Source: Eledone cirrhosa (taxonomy: Eukaryota). From it: DNA of 64,000 nt. Of this stretch, positions 41,896 through 56,173 are shown in pieces; the first letter of the stretch is position 1; each line of letters begins with the position of its first letter. The notes below the pieces were generated by a model, which was not told the DNA's origin, searched no databases, and worked only from the letters and a program-made list of their open reading frames with translations. The DNA lies in NCBI GenBank assembly GCA_964016885.1, contig OZ024745.1, forward strand, positions 105,152,001 through 105,216,000, read 5' to 3'. The position numbers and the translations under genes were made by a program.

Positions 41896-43599
41896 GAGTT
41901 AAACAAGATTCAATGAGTACATCAAAGAATAAGTTTTACAGTAGATTGGAAGCACTCTACAGTTTTATTAATATTAAAATACAAATATTAATAAAATCGA
42001 TGTTCTTTTGATCAATTAAATTTTATTATACATATTAAAGAGGTACAGCAGTACGTCCTCATCAGACAAAATATAATGATACATGACATACCCTGAGATG
42101 TTAAATGGTTAAGATTTAATCAAGTTAATGATTAAATGTTAACCATTTAACATCTTCTAATGTCTTAAATAAAATATACGTAAGATAAATTTCTATACTA
42201 AATATAAGGATATCTGTAGAATCCTTGGGTTTTTTAAATCTTTTAAATTTTTAAATTTTTAAATTTTTTTTTAATTTTTTAAATTTTTAAATTTTTAAAT
42301 TATATTGATATAATATTTATTTAATTTTTATTTTTATTTTTATTTTTATTTATTTTTATTAGTTTTGTTTTTATTCTGATAGCTTCTCATAATTTTCATA
42401 AGACTACCCTTTCAGTATCTAGATTGAAATATACGTAGGATAAATTTCTATACTAAATATATGAAACATATTATTTTAACTTAAGATACTCTATATTGTA
42501 TTTCCAAAATATAATCCTTTGGTATTTTAAATTTATATTGTTACAATTATATTTCCAAAGTATAATCCTTAGAAATATATTGATATTTGATTATCTCTAT
42601 ACAAATGTGTATGTGAGTATTAACATGCATATAAAAGTGTTATAGGTTTTTTATGATTGTATATATGTCTGTATGTATACATGAGCGATGCGGGAAGACG
42701 CACGCAAATATTTATTTATACATATATATGTGTATATATATATATGTATATCTATGTGTGTGGGTAAGAGATATGTTGCTTAACCACGCAGTTTTGATTG
42801 CAGATATGCATAATTTTAACAGAATGTTAAATGCAGGAATGGTAATCGTATATATGAAGACATGAATGGTAATCGTATATATTTATGTATATATACTGTG
42901 AACTTTTTTATAACAAGGAATGTATCGCAGTGATTAAGAGATATCATCTGCGCTTTGTATGTCTATATTGTTGACTTGAGTAAATATATTTTCAGGACGT
43001 GCGTATATATATATATATTTGCGTGTCTTTGCCTAAGATACTGATTTTTCTAGCATTTTGGTTGATTAAACCCAAATTTTGGTATATTGATCTCAAGTTT
43101 TAAACTAAACATGTAGTCATTATTGAACAATGTTTAATTTCTCATATTATATATTTATGTCCCATTCATGAGTATTAATATTTATATTTTTATTATTCAT
43201 TTCATATAAATTGTTAACTCAACTTAATATGACATGACGTAAAGTTTTCATTTTCTCCCCCTCTCTCTATATAATATTTCTCTCTCTTGAGTTTTTCTAT
43301 CTCTCTGTTGCTTTCCTCTGTTTTTCTTATTTCTTATTTCTTCCTTTTTTCTTTCTTTCCTCCTGTCTTTATTTATCTCTTTCTTTTTTCTCCATGCATC
43401 TCTCTCTCTCCGATACTTCTCCACGTTTTTTCTTTCTCTCTCTCCGTCTTTTTCTTTCTCTCCGTCTTTTTCTAATTGTCCTTAACACTATGACTTATTA
43501 AAATAATATAAACAACTCACTATCCGGATGGCTTCCAAAAATAATGGTTGCATTTTAATAGGGTACGTCAAAGCTTATTTGTAAAACTGTTATATATTG

Positions 43600-43664
43600 T
43601 ATTTTGTCTGATGAAGGCATACCATAATTTAATTTGGTATCCCTGAAATATGTATAATGAAATA
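43600..43664 (+). ncRNA. Type I hammerhead ribozyme (family A)
   Basis: TATTTTGT-CTGATGA-AGGCATACCA...TGGTATCCCT-GAAA-TATGTA-TA-ATGAAATA. Confidence 0.85.
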
Positions 43665-43703
43665 AATATGGTTTTATAAATATAGTTTCCATTTATTAAT
43701 ATC

Positions 43704-43765
<62 letters not shown>

Positions 43766-43804
43766 GGTATATATTTTATCTAATAATTCTAAGGACATGA
43801 TTTA

Positions 43805-43840
<36 letters not shown>

Positions 43841-43938
43841 TAAATCATGTCCTTAGAATTATTAGATAAAATATATACCATTTCCGGTTGCAACATATAT
43901 ATCTATGACTTTATGTATATGTAAATCTTTATATATAT

Positions 43939-44397
43939 ATATTGTTATACTTTGGGAGGGTCATGTTGCCAATAAGAAACACACGCACCAGTTGCTTTCA
44001 CTTCAATTTATTATAATAAATTTATAAATTTAGGAATTTATAAATTTCCGGTTGGTTGGTTCCACAACAAGATGGTTGTTTATATATTGTCAACATTCTT
44101 TCGTCACACTTACTGTGACCTCTTCATACGCCATTTTGAGAAACAAAATGGCGTAGGACAGAACAGAGGAGAGGCACAAAAACAAAGAAAAGAATCCGCA
44201 GTCACTGAAGAGGTCACAGAATGTGTGACGAAAGAACTTTGACAATATATAAACAACCATCTGATTGTGGAACCAACCAACCAACCGGAAATTTATAAAT
44301 TCCTAAATTTATAAATTTATTATAATAAATTGAAGTGAAAGTCACTGGTGCGTGTGTTTCTTATTGGCAACATGACTCTCCCAAAGTATAACAATAT
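43939..44397. mobile_element. Fold-back element (family D)
   Basis: Arms 43939-44126 / 44206-44397. Confidence 0.8.
44201..44243 (+). ncRNA. Minimal type I hammerhead ribozyme (family D)
   Basis: GTCA-CTGAAGA-G-GTCACA(GAATG)TGTGAC-GAAA-GAAC-TT-TGAC. Confidence 0.75.
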
Positions 44398-44480
44398 CGG
44401 TTTCAACACACGTTTTCAGATACAGAATCTTGCTAAACAAATTCAGAAACGAAATATATATATATATATATATATATTCA

Positions 44481-44538
<58 letters not shown>

Positions 44539-44964
44539 AAAATACCGGAAAGCATTCAAACATGAACTGAATGAACATTCAATACTAGTGGCTTGGGTGT
44601 AGAAATGTATTTCCTAAGTAGATGCACACACACATATATATGTATATGTATATATACGTGTGTGTGTGTGTGTGTGTGAAAGATAGAACAACAGAGATGA
44701 CAGGGCGAAAAAGTAAAGAAGAAGAGAGAGAGAGCAATGGAGAGAATCATAAAGATAGAATTGCATGGCCTGGTTTAGTAAACACATATACACGCACACA
44801 CTAACGCACACACACATACGTATAGATATATACGTTCATGGTATCGCTGATAACTAATTATGGACCAGCAGGTTAGGACAACACAAAGACATTTTAAAAG
44901 ATGTCAGGAATCATTGGATAAGAAAACGAACAAATGTACAAAACATTAAGATGAATAATTAAGA

Positions 44965-45172
44965 TTTCTACTATAGGCACAAGGTCAGCAACTTTGGTGA
45001 TGGGGAAAGTCGATTAAATCGACCTCAGTGCATTACTGGTGCTTTATTTTATCGACCTCCTAAGGATGAAAGGCGCAGCTAACCTCGGCGGGATTTGAAC
45101 TCAGACCGCAAAGGGTCGTAACTCTATGCTGCAAAGCATGGTGTCCGACGCTCTACCGATGCTGCTAATCCA
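44965..45172 (-). mobile_element. SINE (main family)
   Basis: Near full-length copy. Confidence 0.85.
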
Positions 45173-45649
45173 CTATAAATGGCACCAACAACTAACAAAG
45201 GATAGAAAACACTCTGTACAGAGTGGAAACAGAGGGCGACAGGTTTTCCGTAAACACACATTTCAAGTCTCACTGCAGAAAATAGATACTAGCTTCACTT
45301 ACTGTCTCTTTCCCTGGCCCCAAAGGAAAATATTACTTTCACTCACTCTCCCTTTCTTTCGCATATGCAAGTTCTGTTAGCTTAGATCCGTCTCAAGTTC
45401 AGAGACCCATTCAGCCGGTCGTTATTCCTGTTTAACTGGCATTAAGTGACTGAAAATAACCCTCTTTGGACAGGACTGCAGTCAATCTCAGTGTTAGTTC
45501 TCCGCTACGGTGGTACTAATATTTTTCAGTTTAGTATACTGAGGCTCTGTGGAATGAAGTGTCTTGCTCAAGAACGCAACGTGTCATTTCCTTCGGAATC
45601 ACAAAAGAAATTCTAACAAGTAGAGTGGCCGAGAAAATATTCTTCAATG

Positions 45650-46030
45650 CTTTGTTACTCACTTCGTTCGTCCATCTATTTGTATGAAGATCATGCCATC
45701 ATGCATCAGCTTGAAGGACTATGAGAGTGTGTCCGGGAATGGCCGATATGTCACATACGACACACGAAACAGTTGTTGCGAATTGAATAAACATGGTTAA
45801 AACTCCATGCTAACGCCTTGATGTTTCTGAACTTTCATAACTACCTCTTCTGTTCAGCTTTTCTGGTCCTGTTTATCTCACATACTTGGGCAACTCTTTT
45901 CTGATTAGGCTGCACAAAGAAGATCTCAGTAGCAAGACACATCCACGACTCTAGATTGCTACTGAATTAGCGAAGCCTGATATAACCACATTGTTAGAAT
46001 ATATGATGACCGTCTTTCAAAACGTCTCTT
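45650..46030 (-). mobile_element. Decayed RTE-like LINE 3' end
   Basis: Minus strand shows LATE(R)SS-like and CFVSY..IGHSRTHS remnants resembling the RTE C-terminal Zn-finger region. Confidence 0.4.
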
Positions 46031-46068
46031 CTACAGTGAGTTTGTACGACAGTGAGCACAAACATAAT

Positions 46069-46249
46069 TGTTTCTACTTTAGGCACAAGGCCAGCGATTA
46101 CTCAGTGCATTACTGGTACTTTATTTTATCGACCCCGTAAGGATGAAAGGCAAAGTCAACCTCGGCGGGATTTGAACTCAGATCGTAAAGGGACGTAACT
46201 ATGCTGGAAAGCATGGCGTCCGACCCTCTACCGATACTGCCAATCCACC
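46069..46249 (-). mobile_element. SINE with 17-bp TSD
   Basis: GTGAGCACAAACATAAT at 46052-46068 and 46250-46266. Confidence 0.92.
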
Positions 46250-46703
46250 GTGAGCACAAACATAATGACACTCTCAAAGCCTCTGCAGAAAACAAAAACA
46301 AAAAAATGCTCCAGTGTGGGCTTGCAGTGGGCAGCTTGTTAATGAACAGATTTATTTGTTTTATTTTTCTGAAACATATTACTAATACTTTTTATGATTG
46401 TAAGTATATATTGTGTTCTACATGATATAGTTTTTTTAATAACCATTCAACTGTTCCTTAGTCACAATGTATCTGTTATATTTAATTCATTTCATACGTG
46501 TGTTTTTACTAGATATTCTCTCTTGCATTTATTGTGTTGAAATTGCTTCTGTTTTGCATTTGTTCTTTTTCATTTATATATAATGTTATTGTTAACTCTT
46601 TGTTATATTCTATTCATTTCTTTGTGAAGAAGAATCAGAAGGATTTTGTAAATGGAAATTATATATTTTACATTTTATATATCTGTGGACATCAATATCC
46701 CCC

Positions 46704-46798
<95 letters not shown>

Positions 46799-47159
46799 TC
46801 TCTCTCCCTCTCTCTGTTATTTTAATAAATATTTGCTCTACGGTTCTTATATATTTGATAAATATTTATCCCTATCGAGCCTTCTTTGGATTTTAGTCTT
46901 CAAATTTATTATTATTACTATATATATATATATATATATATGGGATAACAAATTATCGTTATAGGTAATCCAGTTAGAGGTTATGAATACTCCGTATTAT
47001 GGATAATTTTAGCGTACGGCGTTGTTTGACTCAACAAGAGATTTCATTAGGTAGCGAGTTTGTGAGTTCTCGGGAATTCCTATGCAAGTTAACCTTGGAG
47101 TAATAATAGTGAAAGAGTGAAGAATAACATGGTCAACAGTACAAAAAGGGTTTTATTTA

Positions 47160-47272
47160 CAGTATTAACAATTGTTTCATTGATTAACTTGTCTTAAAAT
47201 TGCTAATCACTTGAAGTTGTGTCATTCAATTTTAAATACAATGCATGCTTAACCAAATCATCAGAAAAACTG
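47160..47272 (-). ncRNA. Type I hammerhead with long stem II insertion (family C)
   Basis: Reverse-complement copy of 47931-48043. Confidence 0.7.
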
Positions 47273-47930
47273 TTTAAAATTATATACGGCGTTTGTAATA
47301 TACTAGGGACATTCAAATTACGACATCAGTAATAAAGAAAGAAAAAGACAAAAAGAAAAAGAAAAAGATTGAGAGAAAAAGAAAGGAGAAAAAAAGGAAA
47401 AAGATAAAGAAAGAGAAAAAAGAAAAAGAAAAAGAATAAATAATAAATAAATAATAATAAATAAGTTATAATGAAGATGATAAAAAAAAAAAAAATTATA
47501 TGTTGAAAATAGTTGTGGTGTTGGTGGTTAAAATATAAAGATGTGATGGTATAAACATGAAAATATTAAATATATACATATATGTATTGGTTAAATTAAT
47601 AAATCAATAAATTGGAAGTTATGTTAGAAGTGAAGAGAATACGATAGGATATAATGTAAGAGGTGAAATATATTTAGGGAAAGAGAATGAAAGAGAGAAA
47701 AGTTAGGAAGTTATGATGTTGATTCATATAAATTCTTTTTATTTGTTTCATCTTCTTCATTATAACTTATTTATTATTATTTATTTATTATTTTTTGTTT
47801 TTGTTTTTGTTTTTGTTTTCTCTTTCTTTATCGTTTTTTTTCTTTTTCTTTTTCTCTTTTTCTTTCTTTATTACTGATGTTGTACTTTGAATGTCCCTAG
47901 TATATTACAAACGCCGTGTATAATTTTAAA

Positions 47931-48043
47931 CAGTTTTTCTGATGATTTGGTTAAGCATGCATTGTATTTAAAATTGAATGACACAACTTCAAGTGATTAG
48001 CAATTTTTAGACAACTTAATCAATGAAACAATTGTTAATACTG
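47931..48043 (+). ncRNA. Type I hammerhead with long stem II insertion (family C)
   Basis: CAGTTTTT-CTGATGA-T-TTGGTTAAG...CTTAATCAA-T-GAAA-CAATTG-TT-AATACTG. Confidence 0.7.
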
Positions 48044-48090
48044 TAAATAAAACCCTTTTTGTACTGTTGACCATGTTATTCTTCACTCTT

Positions 48091-48133
<43 letters not shown>

Positions 48134-48411
48134 TTCACTATATATATATATATATATATGTAAAATTGAAAACGTAGAGAATAACATGGTCAATAGTAGA
48201 AAAAAGGGGATTTATTTACAGTCTAACAATTGTTTCTCTGATAAAGTTGTCTAAAAATTGCTGAACACTAGAAGCAGTGCCACTCAATTTCAAATACAAT
48301 GCTAGCTCGTAAACATCTTGTTGAGTCAAACAACGCCGTACGCTAAAACTATCCATAATAAGAAGTATTCACAACCTCTAACTGGATTACCTATAACGAT
48401 ATTTTGTTATC

Positions 48412-48464
<53 letters not shown>

Positions 48465-48470
<6 letters not shown>

Positions 48471-49005
48471 GTGTATTTTGCAATACACTGTATGCTTAAT
48501 TAAAAGCATTTTGAAGACCTTGCGCTATTGTTTTAAAGTAGTGACTATATCACTTACTTCTATTTTCAGCAAACAAGGGGAGATAAGCTGACAGAGCTGT
48601 TTCGTACTGTTGGTAAGCATACAGTGTATTGCAAAATACACTATATATACATTCATATATATCGCTATTTCAGAGCACCAATTCTAATTTTCAACTTTTG
48701 CTGGACCGGCAACCGCTCTGTATAATCAGTTCCTGATTATTACTGGAATTCTATAAGAATCCCACATTCATAATTGTCAGCAAACAGGAGGAGTGCTAGG
48801 CTTTGATAATCACCAACAGTACGAAACCGAGCTCTGTCAGCTTATCTCCCCTTGTTTGCTGAAAATAGAAGTAAGTGACATAGTCACTACTTTCAAACAT
48901 TAGTGCAAGGTCTTTAAACTGATTTTAATTAAGCATACAGTGTATTGCAAAATATACTATATATACATTCATATATATATCGCTATTTCAGAGCACCAAT
49001 TCTAA
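48465..49005. mobile_element. Inverted + partial-tandem element in (TA)n
   Basis: 48465-48614 inverted at 48812-48962; 48614-48686 repeated at 48930-49005. Confidence 0.7.
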
Positions 49006-49034
49006 TATATATATATATATAGGCATTATTTTAA

Positions 49035-49200
49035 AGGGTCGGACGCCATGCTTTGACGCTTAGAGTTACGGCCCTTGCCATTCTGAGTTCAAATCCCGCC
49101 GAGGTTAACTTTGCCTTTCATCCTTACGGGGTCGATAAAATAAAGTATCAGTAATGTACTGGGTAATTGCTGGCCTTGTGCCAATAGTAAAAACAATTAT
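49035..49200 (+). mobile_element. SINE (main family)
   Basis: B-box, core, tail. Confidence 0.85.
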
Positions 49201-49277
49201 TATAAGTGCGGTGCATATTCAAGCTGAGAATCGAATTATTTTCTATTCTTTTTATAATTTGATATATTTAAATATCT

Positions 49278-49322
<45 letters not shown>

Positions 49323-49894
49323 ACACACACACACACACACACATACACACGCGCGCGCGCATAAACATAGGGTTGTTCAAAGGGTAATGAACCTTTTTTA
49401 GGGTCTCTACAGTTAATGAGAAGACAGGAGAAAATTATCCTCACACCAGAGTCCTATCTTGGATTCTTATAACACCGCTAAAGACACGCTAGGGTCAGAT
49501 ATAGTTAAATGAAGCTAAAATAAGTTACCATCTAATATAGCCCTCTGAAAACTGTGAGCTTTGTGTTACCTTGTGTGTATTTACGTTGATCACGTAGCGT
49601 GTGGTCATAGATATATGGTATAGAGTTAGAAAATCCAGGGAAGCAATAGGAAAACAATGAACTCAAATACGAAGTTAGACATGCGTGTGATGACGCTGGG
49701 TTGCTAATCAAACAAAGAGAATTTACACGCATATAGTACTAAATGATTTTTATATTGGTTACGGTACAATTTTTGTATGAACACTATTACAGTTGTGAGT
49801 GAATATGATGTTTTGTAAAGACTTAACAAATATTTTAATTCAAGATCTTTGTTGACACTAAAGATGAAAGTTATGATATTAGATATGTAGCTGG

Positions 49895-50165
49895 AAGGTA
49901 CTTCGTCGGTTACGACGACGAGTTTTCCAGTTGATCCTGCTCATGAAATTAATGTACAAGTGGCTGAGCATTCCACAGACATGGATACCTTTAACGCAGT
50001 TCACAGGGAGATTCAGCGTGACATAGAATGTGACAAGGCTGGCTATTCAAACTACAAGTGCAACTCATTTTTGCCAGCTGAGTGGACTGGAACAACGGGA
50101 AATAAAGTGTCTTGCTCAAGGACACAACGCGCTGCCGGGAATCGAACTCACAACCTTACGATTGT
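49895..50165 (-). mobile_element. SINE (second family)
   Basis: GTGTCTTGCTCAAGGACACAACGC-GCTGCCGGGAATCGAACTC (B-box on minus strand). Confidence 0.75.
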
Positions 50166-53100
50166 AAGGTTGTGAGTTTGATTGTCAAGTGCTGGGATCG
50201 ATTTAATAAACTTTGCTCTTCTCCCAATTTTCTGGCTTTGTGTATTATTTAGATATCAGTATGTAAGTTAGGACTAGTTTCACAGCTGTTGCACTGGTGA
50301 ACACTGATTTGGGAAAATGCTTCAAGTTTGTAAAAGAGATCATTGTTTATAAAATGTTCTACTACTCAACAGGTTATTACTTTGGTTGCTGCTTAGCACC
50401 AGGTCAACTTTGATCCAATAGACCTATGATCAAAGGCGTTCCGATTCTGAAAATCCCATCTTTTTGTATTTCAGCGATTACATTGTACAATTCATTTTTT
50501 TTTTAAATATGATAATATGGAACCAAAGGAACATTTAGTTGCTATTTCTAGCGGTTCAAACTACTATGTAGAAGTCATTTACTTTAAAATCTGTTACTTT
50601 AAAATTATCCCGAAAAGCTAGTATTCGGCTGAACCATTGGTAACTGAGCTTGATGAATAGAGGCTAACTAGCTTTTATTCTGAAAACAATATTGAAGTTA
50701 GTGTTAACATATTTAATGCAGTGAACAATATAGTTCTAACTGAAAATGATCATGCAGAGAATAACACGCAATATCAGTCATTCACAAATATTATAATTAT
50801 TTCGGCATGTACAGCAGCCAACTGCGGACAGGTTTCGGTCTTAATAAGACTTCCTCAGCCGAGCATCACTGTACTTGTTGAAGTAGTGATTGGAGAATCT
50901 CTACGCATATATATAAAATTGCATACTAATAAGCACAGCAAACTAGAATTGTTTAGAGAATATGCCTACCCTTGTACATTCTAGAGTATTTCTCATCAAT
51001 ACTTCGGTAAATACTGTGAAGTATTTGCATCACTAAAGATAACACTGGTCAACACCAAATTTACTGTCTATGCTTATTTAGCTGATTTAAGACAATTTTG
51101 ATGTGCTGAATCCAAAAATCACAATGGTTTTGCTAAATCAGGTCAACTTTTTTATGTATCGCCACATGATGTTTTTTTTTAACGTTTTTGTTTACATGTA
51201 CGAGTATTTTCTATCTATGTGATGCAAAATTCTTTCTTTTTTTCTTTAAATAAACGAATTCTGAAGAGTTTACATGCGCCAATTTTTGACTAACTGGTAT
51301 TTTGCTTTTGCGTTTGAATGAAATGGATTCGGCCAGAAGATCAATTATTATAATAATTGTTTCTACTCTTGGCACAAGGCTAGAAATAACCCCAGTGCAT
51401 TACTGGTACTTTATTTTATCGACCCCCATAAGGATGAAAGGCAAAGTTAACCTCGACGGGATTAGCACTCTAGTTTTGAAAACGATTTTCTAACAAAACG
51501 TTTTCTGACAAAAAAAGGTCTTAACTGAGTTGGATCTAGTTTCTAATGTCTGAAAAATAAAAAGAAAAACTATATTTACCTAACCATTATTCGTTTTGTG
51601 TGATAGAATGCTTTCTGATAGAAATCATCCAATATTTATTAAAGTTATTGAAACAACTTGAATATGAGGCAAAATATATTGTGACGATGAATGATTCGCA
51701 CTTCAGTCTTTTTTGTGTCCGTTAAGTGCAAAATATCGAAACACTCAAGAAAGAATCTATATTCCCTATCTTGAAGTATTCTAGTTTTCTGAAGAGAACG
51801 AAAACTACTTTTAGGGATTTTGTTATTTTTATCCTTTCTTATAAAGCCTTTAAAAATACTGTTTCTATACATGATTCTTACAGTTGAAGCAGCCATATTA
51901 GGTTTGAGCACATGGGCCATAGAAAACAAAGCATGATCTATTTTCTTTTTGTTTTAATAAAACCAAAATCTCTAAACATGGCAATGTTAAAATGACTAAG
52001 TTCTGTAGCTGTTATATTTCCTAAATGTAACGTAGCCATATCAAATAAGAGCTTTCTATAACATTGCGATGGAGCATTAAACTCATTGTCACTGATTGGT
52101 TGATTTTTCTGGCAAGAATATTTTGGATCAATGAATTTTGCTGGAGATAATAGCATTGCATAAAGTTTAGCTGAAGTTTATAGTATTTCTTTGACTCTGC
52201 CTGAAGATAATAGCACTGTATTGACTTCGGTTGATAGTTCAGTTGAAATTAACCAGATATCGTTTTAAGTTATCTTCTCCATGTCAACTTAACTGAAAAG
52301 ATATACGGAGATACAGCTGGATAGTATTTGAGACAATTCTATGAGAGGTTTCGATGCCAAATTTGGCTCAAGATATAAAGTCTGTTATTTATAAATAATA
52401 ATAATTTTTGTCCGCTTGTTGACGAATAATTGTGCTTGAATCCCAAGGAAACGCAACAAGATGATTGTAGCAAAACGATTGGAGAATATGATGATGGAGC
52501 GAAAGAACAAAATACAATTTACAGATGTATGGTGCAACGGCATATTCATTTATTATTTCACTAGTTTCAGTCAATTGACTGAGACCATACTGGGGCATCA
52601 CGTTCAAATGTATATTCAATTTTATCAAGCGAGACACTTTATTTCACGTTGCTCCTTCTACCTGCAACCGATAGATAGTATTAGCAATTGGAAAGACCAA
52701 TGGAAACATTGCTTCCTCGGTCCGATTTGACGAAAGTCGATCGTTCCTTTGTATATGCATATATATATATATATACATACATATATACATACATTCATAT
52801 ATATATATATAAGGACAAAAGAAGAAATCGAAAATGCAACTGGAGTCTTTTTTTTAAAATATATATATTTATTTGGTTCCTTTACCGGTTTCGCAGTTCT
52901 TGTTTTATATGGAAAAAAGTGGCTCGAAATGCCAGGTTTTTTAGAGAAGTAATTTGATTGGTTGGTGAATAAGTATAATAAATTTCGCGCCAGTTCGCAT
53001 TACAAAGTTCTTCAAACAGTGGGGGGGGGGGGGGGGGGGGGGGGGCTCAGGTTGTTTTTTCATATATGAGTCAAGTTTGGTTGGTTGATGCAGTCACGTG

Positions 53101-53691
53101 AATAAGCACATCAGCTTTCGCGCCAGTTTGTGTTTGAATTTCTTTTTACTTGAAAAAAAAATGGCTTAAGAAGGCTTTTTTTATAAATTTAATTTGATTG
53201 GTTATAAATGAAATTATGACTGTCACGTGAGCAAGTACATTATATTTCGCGCCCGTATTTTGGAATTTGTTTATAGCCATTTAGAGAATTTTGTGCCAAA
53301 CAAAAGATAATGGCCAAGAAAAAGGGATGGAGAGAGTTGTTCTGAGTATGACTGATGTGCTGAAATGTAATTTGATTGGTTATAAATGAAATTATGAATG
53401 TCACATGAACAAGTTCATTAAATTTCGCGCCCATATTTGGGAATTTATTTTGTAGCCTTTTAGAGAATTTTGTGCGAAACAAAAGATAATGGTCAAGAGA
53501 AATGGGATGGGGAGAATTGTTCTGGTTCAGTGAATATGGCTAGTGCGCTGGGGTGTCAGAATTCAGACTTTCTATTGAAATAAAGAAAGTAGAGATATGT
53601 ACGACCGTAAATGGACGTAACTATGCTGGAAAGCATGGCGTCCAGCCCTCTACCAATACTGCCAATTCAGTGCCCTTGAAGTAAATAAATT

Positions 53692-53872
53692 ATTGTTTCT
53701 ACTTTTGGCACAAGGCCAGCAATTATCTCAGTGTATTACTGGTACTTTATTTCATCGACCCCGTAAGGATGAAAAGGCAAAGTTAACCTCGGCGGGGGTA
53801 TGAACTCAGACCATAAAGAGCCGAAACTCTTTGCTGGAAAGCATGGCGTCCGACCCTCTACTGATACTGCCA
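53692..53872 (-). mobile_element. SINE (main family)
   Basis: Tail, core, head; extra head fragment at 53600-53670. Confidence 0.85.
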
Positions 53873-53954
53873 TGCAAGAAGTTTCCACTCTCTTCTATTT
53901 TTATATGTATTTATATAAATTTACTGAACACAAACACTCACAATAAATATACAT

Positions 53955-54052
<98 letters not shown>

Positions 54053-54225
54053 TCTAAATGATGTTACACTAAATATATAACGTTGATTTTTAAGATAGAG
54101 TCGAATCATCATATATTGATGCGAAGGGAGTATAAGTACTTTTATGACACTTTATTTAATACATATCTGATAATATGATTTCTTCTCTTCCTCTCTAGAT
54201 CACTCTCTCCTCCCCCCTCTCTCTC

Positions 54226-54275
<50 letters not shown>

Positions 54276-54354
54276 GTGCACACACACACACACACACACA
54301 TAGAATAATGTACAAATGTCAGTGTGAAGGATGAGTCCTTGAAACTCCTAAAAG

Positions 54355-54990
54355 TAAAGAAGCAGACTTGACCAACTAGCCAACTGTTGAAGAAGCAGAC
54401 TTGACTAAACTAGCCAACTGTTGTATATTGGGTATGAGCAGGTACTGGCCAACTGTTGTACAGCATGTATGAAACCTGAAAATCACTAAATTAACCCCCC
54501 CCCCCCCAAAAAAAAAGAGGGACGTTGACTAGCTAGCCAGCTATCTAAGTTGTGTAGCATATGTGAGAGCTCAAAATCACTCAATTAAAAATCCTCCAAA
54601 GGGGGACCCTGACTAGCTAGCCAGCTATCTAAGTTGTGTAGCATATATGAGAGCTCAAAATTATCAAAAGCTTTTAAAAAGGGGGCAGCAACTTGATCAG
54701 CTAACCAGCCAGCTATGTTGTATAGTATGTGTGAGATTGAAATTATCAAAAGTTAAAAAAACAAAACAAAAAAAAAACTAAGTTGGGTGTGGCGTGACCA
54801 GCTAGCTAAGGTGTATAGCATGTGTGAGAGAGATTAAAATCACCTGAAGTAGAATAGAGTGCTCTGATCATTAAACTAGTTATGTTGCATAGTGTGAGTG
54901 TATGAAATGGTCAAAAGCATAAAAGAATCTCTGATTGTCAAACCAGTTTAGTTGTGTCGTGTGCGAGTGTTTGAAATCATGGAAGCATAA
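54355..54990. repeat. Degenerate ~65-85-bp tandem repeat
   Basis: Recurrent GACTAGCTAGCCAGCTA...GTTGTGTAGCAT..TGAGAG..AAAAT. Confidence 0.65.
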
Positions 54991-55009
54991 CAGAGGGTCC
55001 ATTGACAAC

Positions 55010-55098
<89 letters not shown>

Positions 55099-55427
55099 GT
55101 GCGCAATTAAAATATCAAGAGTAAAGAATATCTGATCATGGATTATGTTATATTGCTTAATATGAGTACTTGGAACTGCCTAAAAAGTAAAGATTGTGTC
55201 TGGACCATAAACCTACTATATTGCATTGTATATAAGTACTTGTAACTGACTAAAAAGTACTGTGTCTGGACTGTAAACCAACTATGTTGAATAGTATGAG
55301 AGTACTTGGAACTGCTTCCCAGAAAGTATTGTAAAGAGGGGTCCAATTAGGGAGTTGTCAGAATATTCTAGAAAATACCATTTTGGTTGCATTTTTCCAA
55401 TGTCTTTTGGCAATCTAGATATGTCAG

Positions 55428-56173
55428 TGACCATCTGTTGACCAATTCTGATCTCAATATGGATGGTTTTCAGCTTTTAAACTGGGCTCCATCTGACCGA
55501 TTCTGATCTCAGTAGGGATGGTTTTCAGCTTTTAAACTGGGCTCCATCTGACCGATTCTGATCTCAGTAGGGATGGTTTTCAGCTTTTAAACTTGGATAC
55601 ATTTTTTGACTGATTCTGATCTCAGTGGGGATGGTTTTCAGCTTTTAAACTTAGCTCAATTTTTTGACTGATTCTGATCTCAGTGGGGATGGTTTTAAGC
55701 TTTTAAACTTAGCTCAATATTTTGACTGATTCTGATCTCAGTGGGGATGGTTTTAAGCTTTTAAACTTAGTTCAATTTTTTGACTGATTCTGATCTCAGT
55801 GGGGATGGTTTTCAGCTTTTAAACTTAGCTCAATTTTTTGACTGATTCTGATCTCAGTGGGGATGGTTTTAAGCTTTTAAACTTAGTTCAATTTTTTGAC
55901 TGATTCTGATCTCAGTGGGGATGGTTTTCAGCTTTTAAACTTAGCTCAATTTTTTGACTGATTCTGATCTCAGTGGGGATGGTTTTAAGCTTTTAAACTT
56001 AGCTCAATTTTTTGACTGATTCTGATCTCAGTGGGGATGGTTTTCAGCTTTTAAACTTAGCTCAATTTTTTGACTGATTCTGATCTCAGTGGGGATGGTT
56101 TTCAGCTTTTAAACTTAGCTCAATTTTTTGACTGATTCTGATCTCAGTGGGGATGGTTTTCAGCTTTTAAACT
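55428..56173. repeat. 56-59-bp tandem array (~13 units)
   Basis: Unit TTTTGACTGATTCTGATCTCAGTGGGGATGGTTTTMAGCTTTTAAACTTAGCTCAAT. Confidence 0.95.

Larger units (their letters stand above)
46942..48413. mobile_element. Nested inverted/tandem element (family C) in (TA)n
   Basis: 47108-47485 inverted at 47740-48096; 46942-47040 inverted at 48315-48413; diverged direct copy at 48170-48305. Confidence 0.75.

Noticed and set aside
50600-52560. Possible decayed coding sequence on the minus strand
   Set aside because: Short frames with many stops and no family I can recognise; needs tBLASTx.
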